Shown here in pieces: positions 9,586 to 19,334 of a stretch of 64,000 nucleotides of DNA. A model generated the notes under the pieces. It was not told the DNA's origin, did not search any database, and saw only the letters and a list, made by a program, of their open reading frames with translations. The stretch's first letter is position 1, and each line of letters starts with the position of its first letter. Made by a program: the position numbers and the translations under genes. This DNA is from an uncultured bacterium (GTDB lineage: Bacteria > Patescibacteriota > Minisyncoccia > Moranbacterales > UBA2206): contig CAIZXS010000005.1 in assembly GCA_903937035.1 (NCBI GenBank), forward strand, positions 62,746 through 126,745. Direction: 5' to 3'.

Positions 9586-11625
9586 TTAAAATATTAAAAT
9601 AATTTCATTCAACTTCGCATTTATTTTTTTCCAAAATTGGTTTGGTGATTTTGCGCTTGTCGTTTTTTGAGAAATATTTTTAGTGGTTGCGGCTCCCAAA
9701 ACTAGACCTTGATTCGGCAATAACTTTTTAGATGGAGAAATATTTGATCCGGCGAAAAGCAAGGCGATTTGTTTTTCTCGTTTTGCACTCCAGCTTGGGT
9801 TTTCACTATATTTTCCTAAATCAGATAGAGCGAAGTCGGCCTTTTCTTGTTCTAGCTCTGGTGTGCTGTTTGCATTGCCCTCTGAATTATTTAATTCTGT
9901 TTCCTGACCAATAGCTGCCACTTCTGTATTATTTTGTGAGATAATTTTAGTATTAGGTAATGTCTCTGTTTCTGCATTATTTTGATCATTTGTCCATTGC
10001 CAATCATTGCCGTCTTTTCGGTAGAGCTCATCTTCTAAGATCGAATCATCTTTGCGGTCATATTTGAGTTTGTCAGCCACCTTGCCATTAGGATATCGCA
10101 GTTCAATCTTGGCTTGCTTGTTGCCGAGGGAGAATGCACAGAAATCACGTGTCAGTTTTTTTATTTCTCCAGCTTTTAGAATAAATTTCTTGTTGATTGG
10201 ATGGTTGTAGAGATTTTTCCAGCCAGTGGCAATGCTCCAACCCTTGAGATTAACTTTTTTCTTGGTGTCGTTCCGAACTTCTAGCCACTCATATTTTGAA
10301 TCTTTTCCCTTGGGATTTGGCGAAAGAGAAATGATACGAACCTTGGCTTTGCCAAATTTTTCCACTACAACTTTAAAATTAAGCACATTATCTTCGCCAT
10401 CACCAGTGATTTTTAGTGAGGCCGCATAAGCACCTGCTTTTTCATATTTATGGCGGGTTTTTTGGAGATAGCTTTTGTGTCCATCACCGAAATCCCAAGT
10501 GAAATGTTTTGCTTTCTCATTAGCCTTTGCCTCAAAGTTGGCATAAATTCCAACATAGATCGTTTTATCTTTTTCAATTTGGGAGGATAAGAGCTCATCA
10601 AATTGATTTTCTACTCCTTTTGTGTCTTTGCTCGTCCATTGCCAAGCGGAGCCGTTCCAGGCATAGGCGTAGTCGTATTTTGGTTTCACATAACTTACGG
10701 AATCGATAGAATTTTCTTTTGTGCCATCTTTGGGCACAAGAAAAGCTGTGTCTGGCGAGGTGTTATTAAATTCGAAAGTTCCTTCCAGATAAACTAGCTC
10801 TTTTGGCGCAATTAGTTTTTCAGGAAAAGTAACTTTATGATTTTTTTCATCTTCAATCCACATCCCCGAAAGAGAAATAGTTTCATCTGAAATATTAACT
10901 ATCTCCACAAATTCTTTTTCAGCGTTTTTTGTTTTTGGTGCTGGAAAAATCTCGTTGATTTTGAGCTTGCCAGTGTAGGTATCTTTTTTTTCTTTGGTTG
11001 TATCATCTTTTGGCCCATCTGATTTTCCAGAATTTTTTCCCACTAAATTAGTGGGGGATGGATTGTTTTGTGACGAAAAATCCTTAATGTTATCACCCGT
11101 ATCTTGAAAGTTTTTTCTTTCAATACTTTCTCCCTCAGCAGGATTTATGGCTGGATTATTTTCATAATCCTTAGCTGTTCCAAATCCAACCTTATCAACT
11201 AGAACTGCGCTGGCATCATATAGGAGAATGGTGTTGTTGCTGGAAATTGAATAAGAAGATCCTGAATAAGGCAGATCAGCGGAAACAGTATCCCTATAGT
11301 CAGAATGAGCGATTAAGAAATATTTACGAGAAGATAGGATCCCTGAAAATTTGGATGAAGAAATTAGATTGCTTTCTGTTCCTGTTGAGGTTTTCTTAGT
11401 TAATTTGTAGCCGGAAAGATTAATTTCTAAATCAGTTGGGTTGTATAGCTCTATAAATTCTTCCGTTGATTTTCCTGTCCCGCCGCCAGTTTGAATTTCA
11501 CTAATGATCAGATGTGAAACAACTTCTTCAGCCAAACAGTTTTTCCCAAAACAAAAAATCGCCACCGCTAAAAAAGGTAAAAATATAAACAAACTTATTT
11601 TTGTTTTTATATTTTTATTTTTCAC
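9586..11625 (-). CDS. Secreted lamin-tail-domain (LTD) repeat / PKD domain protein
   Basis: Signal-peptide-like N-terminus; three LTD-like units (IISEI...EEFIELYNPT..INLSGY; INEIFP...EFVEI.N; P.P.G.D...EWLEV.N...NLKGW); PKD motif FTWDFGDG...HKYEKAG.Y. Confidence 0.8.
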   Translation of the reverse strand: MKNKNIKTKISLFIFLPFLAVAIFCFGKNCLAEEVVSHLIISEIQTGGGTGKSTEEFIELYNPTDLEINLSGYKLTKKTSTGTESNLISSSKFSGILSSRKYFLIAHSDYRDTVSADLPYSGSSYSISSNNTILLYDASAVLVDKVGFGTAKDYENNPAINPAEGESIERKNFQDTGDNIKDFSSQNNPSPTNLVGKNSGKSDGPKDDTTKEKKDTYTGKLKINEIFPAPKTKNAEKEFVEIVNISDETISLSGMWIEDEKNHKVTFPEKLIAPKELVYLEGTFEFNNTSPDTAFLVPKDGTKENSIDSVSYVKPKYDYAYAWNGSAWQWTSKDTKGVENQFDELLSSQIEKDKTIYVGIYANFEAKANEKAKHFTWDFGDGHKSYLQKTRHKYEKAGAYAASLKITGDGEDNVLNFKVVVEKFGKAKVRIISLSPNPKGKDSKYEWLEVRNDTKKKVNLKGWSIATGWKNLYNHPINKKFILKAGEIKKLTRDFCAFSLGNKQAKIELRYPNGKVADKLKYDRKDDSILEDELYRKDGNDWQWTNDQNNAETETLPNTKIISQNNTEVAAIGQETELNNSEGNANSTPELEQEKADFALSDLGKYSENPSWSAKREKQIALLFAGSNISPSKKLLPNQGLVLGAATTKNISQKTTSAKSPNQFWKKINAKLNEIILIF

Positions 11626-11659
11626 CCTCCTTACTCCTTAAAACTAAAAAGTCAAAAAG

Positions 11660-12247
11660 CTAACGCAATTCATCATGAATTTCCCTGCGGATTACCGCGC
11701 CAAGCTCATGAGCCTCCTTTTTCTCATAGGTCTTTTGCAGATTCATTATAAGATCTTTAATTGCATAGGGGTCGGGGACATTGTGGAAGACGAAGCGTTC
11801 TTTTTCTGCGGCAGTCTGAATGTATAGGTCGCCATAATTGAGAAAGGTGGGAATGATTCCAAGAACTTCTACTGTGATATCTTGGATATTTTCCAGTTCA
11901 AGTTCGCTCACGCCACGAGAAAAGAGGCCCCGTTGTTCGATATTTACGATTCGTTCGTTAGTAACAATCCAAACGTCGAAATAATAATCAATCCAAATCA
12001 CAAAAAAGAGCATCCAAGTGAAAGTCAGGAATGAATTTTGAATAAAATATAGCAGATTGGCACCGAGAATTTCATTGAATGATGGTAAGAAAAGAGGAAC
12101 GAAGGTGAAACTTCCAAAAAAAAGAAGCAGCATCGCAAAGATTATGACAAACTGGCTCAGAATATCAAACCAATGGCGGTGTACTACCATAAGAATCCCT
12201 TCATTTGGTTTTTGCCCTTTGAAATGGAACTGGTTAAAATTTTGCAT
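11660..12247 (-). CDS. Membrane protein with bacterial PH domain (bPH_2/DUF304-like)
   Basis: Two TM segments, then WIVTNERIV.IEQ.GLF.R.VSEL.L.NIQD....G...T.LNYGD..IQTA. Confidence 0.8.
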   Translation of the reverse strand: MQNFNQFHFKGQKPNEGILMVVHRHWFDILSQFVIIFAMLLLFFGSFTFVPLFLPSFNEILGANLLYFIQNSFLTFTWMLFFVIWIDYYFDVWIVTNERIVNIEQRGLFSRGVSELELENIQDITVEVLGIIPTFLNYGDLYIQTAAEKERFVFHNVPDPYAIKDLIMNLQKTYEKKEAHELGAVIRREIHDELR

Positions 12248-12249
12248 AG

Positions 12250-12489
12250 TTAAAAAGTGTTGAAATTATTGGAAAATATTTGGGAGATGATGTTATTCCA
12301 GTCAACAGAAGAAAAGAGCACTACGTTTGAAATTAGTAGGAAAAATGAAATAACTGAAAAAACAGTTACAATAACATGGCTGAAATGAGGATTGATAGCG
12401 TATTTAATTAGATGATAGGCGATAAAAAAAGAAATTAAAAAAAAGCTCAAAAGAAAGACGGCATACAGGCAAAAAATAATAATAAGCAT
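12250..12489 (-). CDS. Small two-TM membrane protein
   Basis: 79-aa hydrophobic ORF tightly packed between ruvB and the PH-domain gene. Confidence 0.65.
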   Translation of the reverse strand: MLIIIFCLYAVFLLSFFLISFFIAYHLIKYAINPHFSHVIVTVFSVISFFLLISNVVLFSSVDWNNIISQIFSNNFNTF

Positions 12490-12505
12490 GGTAAGGCTAA
12501 AAAAA

Positions 12506-13504
12506 TTAAACTATTTTTGTGGGAAATTTAATTCCAAGGTGATTATAGGCTGCTTCAGTGGCAATTCTTCCCCGTGGTGTGCGGTTAAGAAAGCCTATTT
12601 GTAAGAGGTATGGCTCATAAACATCTTCAATCGTTTTGATTTCTTCTGATGTAGCTGCGGCAACGGTTGACAGGCCAACTGGACCGCCGGAAAATTTCTC
12701 AATAATGGTGCGAAGGATGTGTTTGTCGGCTGGCTCAAGACCCAACTCATCAACATCAATCATTTCTAGTGCTTCTCTGGCTCGTACGCTGTCTATGGTG
12801 GGATAATTTTTGATTTGAGAGAAATCTCTTACGCGCTTCAATAGGCGGTTCGCTACGCGAGGTGTACAACGGGCACATTTGGCGATTTCTGAGAGCCCGG
12901 TATCTTCCATTGGAACATCGAGAATTTTTCCAGAACGCCTGAGGATTCGTTCAATTTCTCCTTTTTCATAAAATTCCAAGCGATGAATGGCGCCAAAGCG
13001 GTTGCGCAGGGGATTGGAAAGCGAGCCAAGTTTTGTTGTTGCGCCGATCAGGGTAAATTTTGGCAAATCAAGTTGAATTGTGCGAGCAGATGGGCCCTTG
13101 CCAATCACAATGTCCAACTTAAAATCTTCCATTGCTGGGTAGAGCACTTCCTCGATAGATTTGTTGAGCCTGTGAATTTCATCAATAAAAAGAATGTCAC
13201 CATCTTGCAAATTGGTTAGAATAGAACCAAAATCGCCCACGCGTTCAATGGCTGGGCCGGAAGTGGTCTTAATGCTCACTCCGAGTTCTTTTGCGATAAT
13301 GTTGGCGAGCGTTGTTTTACCAAGTCCAGCTGGTCCATATAAAAGAACATGCTCAATCTGCTCTTTTCTCTTTTTGGCTGCTTGAATGAGGATGTCGAGG
13401 TTTTTTTTGACTTTTTCCTGCCCAACATACTCAGAAAAGCTTTGTGGACGCAAAGTATTATCCAAATTCAGATCTTCAATTTGTTCGTGGGAGTTTGTGA
13501 TCAT
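12506..13504 (-). CDS. ruvB: Holliday junction branch migration helicase RuvB
   Basis: [54 protein letters not shown]. Start likely at the ATG at 13504. Confidence 0.97.
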   Translation of the reverse strand: MITNSHEQIEDLNLDNTLRPQSFSEYVGQEKVKKNLDILIQAAKKRKEQIEHVLLYGPAGLGKTTLANIIAKELGVSIKTTSGPAIERVGDFGSILTNLQDGDILFIDEIHRLNKSIEEVLYPAMEDFKLDIVIGKGPSARTIQLDLPKFTLIGATTKLGSLSNPLRNRFGAIHRLEFYEKGEIERILRRSGKILDVPMEDTGLSEIAKCARCTPRVANRLLKRVRDFSQIKNYPTIDSVRAREALEMIDVDELGLEPADKHILRTIIEKFSGGPVGLSTVAAATSEEIKTIEDVYEPYLLQIGFLNRTPRGRIATEAAYNHLGIKFPTKIV

Positions 13505-13526
13505 AATAAGGCTATTATACACCTAT

Positions 13527-13555
13527 TTGACAAAAGTCCAAAGGTGTGCTAGATT
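13527..13555 (+). promoter_or_regulatory. Sigma70-type promoter, divergent from ruvB
   Basis: TTGACA(13527-32)-17 nt-TAGATT(13550-55), preceded by TGn. Confidence 0.55.
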
Positions 13556-13776
13556 AGGAAGTCAGTGATTTTATATTTTTAATATATTGGCATTGGCAAG
13601 CAGTAAATTGCAGGCAATTGGTGGCTTCTATCTTTTGTCATCAATATGGGGAACTTTTTTCAAGACATGGGTAAAATGGTTGGCTTACTCCTTGAGCATA
13701 CTGACTGCGTTATTCCTCGATTTTGTTTCTTTTCTTGGGCTCCTAGTTCGAGATTTTTGCCTGCAGATTAGTGATA

Positions 13777-13804
13777 ATAAAAAGTGGCTATAGCCACTTT
13801 TTAT
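13777..13804. terminator. Bidirectional intrinsic terminator
   Basis: Perfect palindrome ataaaaagtggcta/tagccactttttat downstream of the PilB gene. Confidence 0.7.
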
Positions 13805-13827
13805 GTTGTCTTGAATTTTTAGATTTT

Positions 13828-16800
13828 CTATATCTCTGTTACTCTTTCCACTTCCTCCAAAGTAGTCTCACCCTCTAAAACTTTCAAAATTCCATCTTGT
13901 GGCATTGTGATCATGCCTTCTTCCATGGCTTTTTGATTGAGTTCAGATGTGACTGCTCCTCGCATGACAGCTTCTTGGATTTCGCGGGAGAATGTAAATA
14001 TTTCACTGATGGTTGTGCGGCCCTTATAGCCAATGTGATTGCATTTATCGCAGCCATTGGGTTTGTGAATCTCTGATATTTCCGGGATTTCTACGCCTGC
14101 TTTTAGACTGATCGTTTTTAGGACTTTTTCCATCTTCTGTTTCTTTTCTTCAGTCGGAGCGATTTTTATTTTGCACTCACAGAGTGTGCGGACCAAGCGT
14201 TGAGCGATAAAAGCGTTGACTCCAGAGACAATATCCTCCGGTGCAACGCCCATATTGAGCATTCTAGCTACTGCTCCGGCAGCATTGTTGGTGTGGAGGG
14301 TGGAAAGTACGAGATGCCCCGTGAGAGCGGCTTGAACGGCAATGCTCGCGGTTTCATTGTCGCGGATTTCACCAATCATCATTATGTCGGGATTTTGGCG
14401 AAGCAGGGCGCGCAGGGCTGTGGAGAAAGTATAACCATCTTTTTCGCTGACGGGAGTTTGCAAGATACCTTCCATCTGATATTCGATTGGATCTTCCACG
14501 GTGATGATTTTGATTTCAGGATTTTTAATTAAATTCAAAATAGCATAGAGTGTAGTGGTTTTCCCGCTGCCAGTCGGTCCAGTATTCAAGACGACGCCAT
14601 TTGGTTTTGATACTTCAATTTTTATTTTTTCCAAATTTTGCTTTCTGATTCCTAGCTTATCCAAGTTCAGCTCCACAGATGATTTACTGAGAAGTCGCAT
14701 TACAACTGTTTCTCCAAACCCACCCAAAATTATAGACACACGGATGTCAACAGTCTTTTCTTTTAATTCTGTTAACTCTTCATCAAAACTGATACTAAAG
14801 CGACTATCGATTACACCTTGCCTCGCTTCAGTTTTCACGCCACTGAGCAGCTTGATCTGGCCCAAAAAGGTCGTGTATTCAGTAAGAGGAAGAGAGGCGA
14901 TTGTTTGGAGGATGCCATCAATGCGGAAGCGGATTTTGACGCTTTCCTTTTCTGGTTCAATGTGAATGTCTCCTACACTCAAAATTTGAGCAGCGGAAAA
15001 AATGATCTTAATGGTGTCTGTGATTTTTGTTCCAACAAGGAGCGTTTGCATTTTTTCAAAATCATTAACATTGTCCTTGGTTTTGTCAAAAAACTCCTTT
15101 TTAATCGGCAAGGTACTGCCTAGGATTTGTGACATTAATTTTTCATAAATACTTTCCAAAAAGTCCCCTTGTCCAGTGACTTTTTTCACCTCGTCAATGG
15201 AGGTGACACCACTTACGGCTTTTAGGATTCCATCTTGGAGCATTGTTACCATGCCTTCTTCAAGAACGGCCATCGTTATTTCTGTTTCACCAGCCAAATC
15301 AAGAATCAGTTTTTCTGTTTCCGGACTAATTGTGAGAACTTCAAAAATACCCATTCGTCCTTTATAACCAGTATTACCACATTTAAGGCAACCTTTTGGG
15401 CGATAGAGTTGATCAATGCTTTTGGGAATTTCCACTTTCGCTCGTGGAGAAATGATGGATAAAATTCTTTTGATTGAATCAATTGTTTCTTTGGCGGGAA
15501 CATAGGATTCTTTGCAGCTACAAAGCTTGCGAACTAGTCGTTGCCCGATAACGGCGTTTACTGCTGGGGCGATGAAAGAAGGCTTGACGCCCATTTCAAC
15601 GAGACGGGGAATGGAGGCAATTGCACTATTGGTATGAAAAGTGGAAAGCACGAGATGTCCAGTGAGGGCAGAGTTGATGGCGATGTCAGCTGTTTCATCA
15701 TCGCGGATTTCACCAACTAGAATAATATCTGGATCTTGACGCACGATTGCGCGAAGACCGGTGGCAAAAGTGTAGCCACGAGCTTTTTCGATCTGAGTTT
15801 GGGAGACTCCTTTGACTTGGTACTCGATTGGATCTTCGATGGTGATAATCTTTTTATCTGGAGTGTTTAGCTTGCTGATAATGGCATAAAGAGTGGTAGT
15901 TTTTCCGCTGCCAGTTGGCCCTGTAGTGAGGATCATGCCATTTGGGGCTTCGATTTGCTTTTGAACTGTTTCATAGGCTAATCCCTGCAATCCGAGCTGC
16001 TCAATGTTGACATTGATCGAATCTGGATCAAGGAGTCGCATTACGATGGACTCTCCAAAGCTGCCAGGAATCGATGAAGCGCGGATAGCAATTTTTTTAT
16101 TTGATAGATTGACCTCAAAAGTTCCGTCTTGCGCCATATCAGAAAGATTGAGTTTCATGCCAGACATCATCTTGATTCTTGTCGCGATTCTTTTGTGGAT
16201 ATTGAGTGGAAAAAAAGCCACATCCTGGAGTACTCCGTCGATTCGATAGCGCAAGCGAAAATCTTTTTCTTCTGGCTCAATGTGAACATCGGATGCTCCT
16301 AGTGAATATGCTCCGGCCATGATGGTGTTCATGACGTCGGTTATAGGCATTTCCTTGATTCTGTCTTTTAGGACAATCAGGTTTTTTAGGGCTGTTTCAA
16401 ATTCACCAAGTTCGCTGTCATCAATTGTTAGACTTAACTGATCAAGGATTTCAGCGAAAACAATTTTTTTGTATTTTTCCAAAACTCGATCAAAGTTGTA
16501 ACTTGAAATAACAAAGAGTTTTGTTTGTATCCCGAGTTTTTCGGAAAAAGCTTTAAGGAATTCTCTCGTGTCTTCTCTCGTGGGGTCGGTGGTTACGATT
16601 GTGGCAAGCTTGCTTTTTCGTTGGATGGCGGCAATGCCGAATTTTCTGGCAGCACTTTCTTCAATCAATTTCAAGCTATCAATGGAAACGGGAACAATGT
16701 TGGTGTCAATATAGGGGAGTTCAAGTTGGGCAGCAAATTGCGCTGTCTTTTCCTCTTCTGATTGATGCTGCAGCTTGGAAACTAATTTGCTTGAAGTGGC

Positions 16801-16848
16801 TTTTTTTTCTTCTTCTGCCCCAACTGTTTTTTTTGTTATTTTTATCAT
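13828..16848 (-). CDS. GspE/PilB-family type IV pilus assembly ATPase with two complete ATPase domains in tandem
   Basis: Two copies each of D.HIEPE...R.RIDG.LQ, GPTGSGKTTTLY, T.EDPIEYQ, RQ.PDI..(V/I)GEIRD, TGHLVLST.HTN and the Cys4 Zn motif. Confidence 0.93.
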   Translation of the reverse strand: MIKITKKTVGAEEEKKATSSKLVSKLQHQSEEEKTAQFAAQLELPYIDTNIVPVSIDSLKLIEESAARKFGIAAIQRKSKLATIVTTDPTREDTREFLKAFSEKLGIQTKLFVISSYNFDRVLEKYKKIVFAEILDQLSLTIDDSELGEFETALKNLIVLKDRIKEMPITDVMNTIMAGAYSLGASDVHIEPEEKDFRLRYRIDGVLQDVAFFPLNIHKRIATRIKMMSGMKLNLSDMAQDGTFEVNLSNKKIAIRASSIPGSFGESIVMRLLDPDSINVNIEQLGLQGLAYETVQKQIEAPNGMILTTGPTGSGKTTTLYAIISKLNTPDKKIITIEDPIEYQVKGVSQTQIEKARGYTFATGLRAIVRQDPDIILVGEIRDDETADIAINSALTGHLVLSTFHTNSAIASIPRLVEMGVKPSFIAPAVNAVIGQRLVRKLCSCKESYVPAKETIDSIKRILSIISPRAKVEIPKSIDQLYRPKGCLKCGNTGYKGRMGIFEVLTISPETEKLILDLAGETEITMAVLEEGMVTMLQDGILKAVSGVTSIDEVKKVTGQGDFLESIYEKLMSQILGSTLPIKKEFFDKTKDNVNDFEKMQTLLVGTKITDTIKIIFSAAQILSVGDIHIEPEKESVKIRFRIDGILQTIASLPLTEYTTFLGQIKLLSGVKTEARQGVIDSRFSISFDEELTELKEKTVDIRVSIILGGFGETVVMRLLSKSSVELNLDKLGIRKQNLEKIKIEVSKPNGVVLNTGPTGSGKTTTLYAILNLIKNPEIKIITVEDPIEYQMEGILQTPVSEKDGYTFSTALRALLRQNPDIMMIGEIRDNETASIAVQAALTGHLVLSTLHTNNAAGAVARMLNMGVAPEDIVSGVNAFIAQRLVRTLCECKIKIAPTEEKKQKMEKVLKTISLKAGVEIPEISEIHKPNGCDKCNHIGYKGRTTISEIFTFSREIQEAVMRGAVTSELNQKAMEEGMITMPQDGILKVLEGETTLEEVERVTEI

Positions 16849-16914
16849 ATTTTTACCATTAAACCCGAAAAAATTATTTTTTTATAGCTCTATTCTAGCA
16901 TGAAAAGAGAAAAC

Positions 16915-16949
16915 AAAAAAACAGCCTCAGACATTCGGGGCTGTTTTTT
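16915..16949 (-). terminator. Intrinsic terminator
   Basis: aaaaaacagcctc...ggggctgtttttt hairpin flanked by A/T tracts. Confidence 0.6.
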
Positions 16950-16973
16950 CTGGAACGGTTTTTTGATACTAAA

Positions 16974-18116
16974 TTAAGTATTTATGAGTTGGGTACTTTC
17001 AATTTTGTCTCGAATGATTCTCGCGGTTAACATTAAATCGCTCTCGGTAGATTTAATTTCTAGCGCCTCATTGATTATGGGTTGTCCAAAAAGCAAGGAG
17101 ATTTTTCGAAGCAGCTCGTTGGTTGCTGCTTTGATAATAGCGATTGAGCTATTTGGGGCATTGCTATATATAATCATGAAAATTTGACCGTCGCTATAGT
17201 TCTCTTGTAGTTTTTCCAAAATTATCGGTAGGCTTTCTGGGCTGGTTCGGCTTTGAACAAAATCATCCAGAGAGAGGCTGGCCCAAGCTAGTTTGGTTTT
17301 TTCTTCCCAATTTAGCTTGCTCATGACTCTCCCGAGTAGTTTTAGGATTGATAGTGGCTGAGTTTTGTAGAGCCAGCGAATGATGCCTTGCTGATCGGCG
17401 CCTCGATCCATGAGATCGGCGGCGGCGAGTAGGGCTTTTGGCGTGGTGTTTTTCTTTTGGAAATTTCCAGTGGCACCAATGATTCCCGTCATGAGGCAAG
17501 TTGCTACATTTTTGTCAAAACTAGAAGGATCTACGCTTTCTAGTATTGGCTTTAAAATTTCTGCGCAAGATGAGGCTGTAATATCAACTAAATTGATTTG
17601 TCCAAAATTTTCATTGTTACTTCTGTGATCGATATTTATAATAGGAACCTCGAAGAATAGATCTGAGTTGTTGATGTAAACTGTTCCTAGGCTTTCTAAG
17701 TCTGGGCTATCTAAAATAACAATGAGGTCATATTTGAATTTGGCTAGGATGAAAGAAAAGTCTCTTGGATCAATTGAGCCTTTTTCAGGCGTAAGATAGA
17801 CGTTAAAAGAATCGCCAATTGTTTCTTGGCGCAGTCCCATGATTTTATTGCGACTAGTATCGAACGACAGGACGAATTCGCGCGCACCTGATATTTCTGA
17901 AATGATATTTTTCGGACCTGGGAGGAAGTCAATCTTTGCTTCAGAGGGTTTTTTATTTGAAACGATTGTGGCGGAAATGTTCTTGTTTTCCAAAAAAAAA
18001 TTCAATGCCCAGGCGCTTCCAATTGCGTCAAAGCTGGGATTTTCAGGAATGAAAATGAGCACATCCTTGGCGCCAGTGATGAATTTATAAAATTGTTCTT
18101 GTGGATCTAGGCTCAT
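16974..18116 (-). CDS. DHH-family phosphoesterase-like protein (NrnA-like) with degenerate motifs
   Basis: NPSFDAIGSA, IVILDS, IINIDHRSNNENFGQINLVD..ASS.AEI, ATCLMTGIIGATGNF. Confidence 0.8.
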   Translation of the reverse strand: MSLDPQEQFYKFITGAKDVLIFIPENPSFDAIGSAWALNFFLENKNISATIVSNKKPSEAKIDFLPGPKNIISEISGAREFVLSFDTSRNKIMGLRQETIGDSFNVYLTPEKGSIDPRDFSFILAKFKYDLIVILDSPDLESLGTVYINNSDLFFEVPIINIDHRSNNENFGQINLVDITASSCAEILKPILESVDPSSFDKNVATCLMTGIIGATGNFQKKNTTPKALLAAADLMDRGADQQGIIRWLYKTQPLSILKLLGRVMSKLNWEEKTKLAWASLSLDDFVQSRTSPESLPIILEKLQENYSDGQIFMIIYSNAPNSSIAIIKAATNELLRKISLLFGQPIINEALEIKSTESDLMLTARIIRDKIESTQLINT

Positions 18117-18212
18117 AGAAAAAATAGGGGTTAGGTTTTTAGGTAGTATTTCAAGGTAGCAGGGATTTTTGTGAGTGTCAAATGGGAGTGTTTTGTGGAT
18201 ATTTTTCCGAAC

Positions 18213-18240
18213 AAAAAAGAGCCCTAATCAATAAGGGCTC
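18213..18240 (-). terminator. Intrinsic terminator after ispG
   Basis: gagccct/agggctc stem followed on the minus strand by a U-tract. Confidence 0.6.
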
Positions 18241-18259
18241 CTAAAGGAGGGCTAATAAA

Positions 18260-19312
18260 TTATAATTTCTCGATTTCTTCCAAGAGTGTCTTGAGAATAT
18301 CCTTTTCCTGAACTGATTTAATTACCTTGCCTTTGGCAAATATCGCACCCATGCCTTTTCCGCCAGCCACGCCAATGTCGGCTTCACGCGCTTCACCAGG
18401 GCCGTTGACCACACAGCCCATAACAGCGATATGGATATCTTTGTCAATATTTTTCACCGCTGCTTCAACTTTTTCAGCCAAGTCGATGAGAGCAATTTGG
18501 GTTCGTCCACAAGTTGGGCAGCTGGTAACGGTTACACCTTTTTTTCTCAGTTTTAGTGATTTTAAAATCTCCCATGCCACTTTCATTTCTTCAACAGGAC
18601 TTGCCGTGAGTGAAACACGCAGAGTGGCGCCGATGCCTTCATAGAGGAGAATTCCAAGACCAATCGACGACATAATTGTTCCACGGAAAATTGTACCGGC
18701 TTCGGTGATACCAATGTGCATTGGGTAGTCAACTTTTTTGGACAAAAGGCGATAGGCTTCAACCGTTCTTTCAATGTCCGAGGCTTTCATGGAAATTAAG
18801 ATGTCTTTAAATTTATATTTTTCCAAAATTCGAATATGGCGCATGGCTGATTCAACCATCCCTGCTGCCGTGACCTTGTCTTTGTATTTTTTTAGTATGT
18901 CTTTTTCCAAAGAGCCGCCGTTAATGCCAATCCGAATTGGAATTTTGTTTTTCTTGCAAGCCATTACCACTGCCCTTATTTTGTCTTCTGTTCCTATATT
19001 TCCCGGATTGATGCGAACTTTGTCAATACCTTGCGCAATAACTTCGAGTGCTAATTTGTGATCAAAATGAATGTCGGCCACAAGTGGAATGTGAATTAGT
19101 TTTTTGATTTTCCCCACAGCTTTTGCTGCTTCCATGTCCAAAATGGCTACGCGCACAATCTCGCAGCCAGCTTTTTCTAGCTCCAAAATTTGTTTCACGG
19201 TTGCCTTGATATCTCGCGTATCGGTGTTGCACATTGATTGTACGCGCACAGGATTTCCACCGCCCAGCTTGTATGGTCCAACTTTGACGACGCGGGATTT
19301 GTATTTTTTCAT
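18260..19312 (-). CDS. ispG: (E)-4-hydroxy-3-methylbut-2-enyl-diphosphate synthase
   Basis: VQSMCNT.T, PLVADIHF, RINPGN, IRIGINGGSL, HIGITEAG, SCPTCGR, AVMGCVVNGPGEA. Confidence 0.97.
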   Translation of the reverse strand: MKKYKSRVVKVGPYKLGGGNPVRVQSMCNTDTRDIKATVKQILELEKAGCEIVRVAILDMEAAKAVGKIKKLIHIPLVADIHFDHKLALEVIAQGIDKVRINPGNIGTEDKIRAVVMACKKNKIPIRIGINGGSLEKDILKKYKDKVTAAGMVESAMRHIRILEKYKFKDILISMKASDIERTVEAYRLLSKKVDYPMHIGITEAGTIFRGTIMSSIGLGILLYEGIGATLRVSLTASPVEEMKVAWEILKSLKLRKKGVTVTSCPTCGRTQIALIDLAEKVEAAVKNIDKDIHIAVMGCVVNGPGEAREADIGVAGGKGMGAIFAKGKVIKSVQEKDILKTLLEEIEKL

Positions 19313-19334
19313 GTAATTAGGATGTTTTAAAAAT

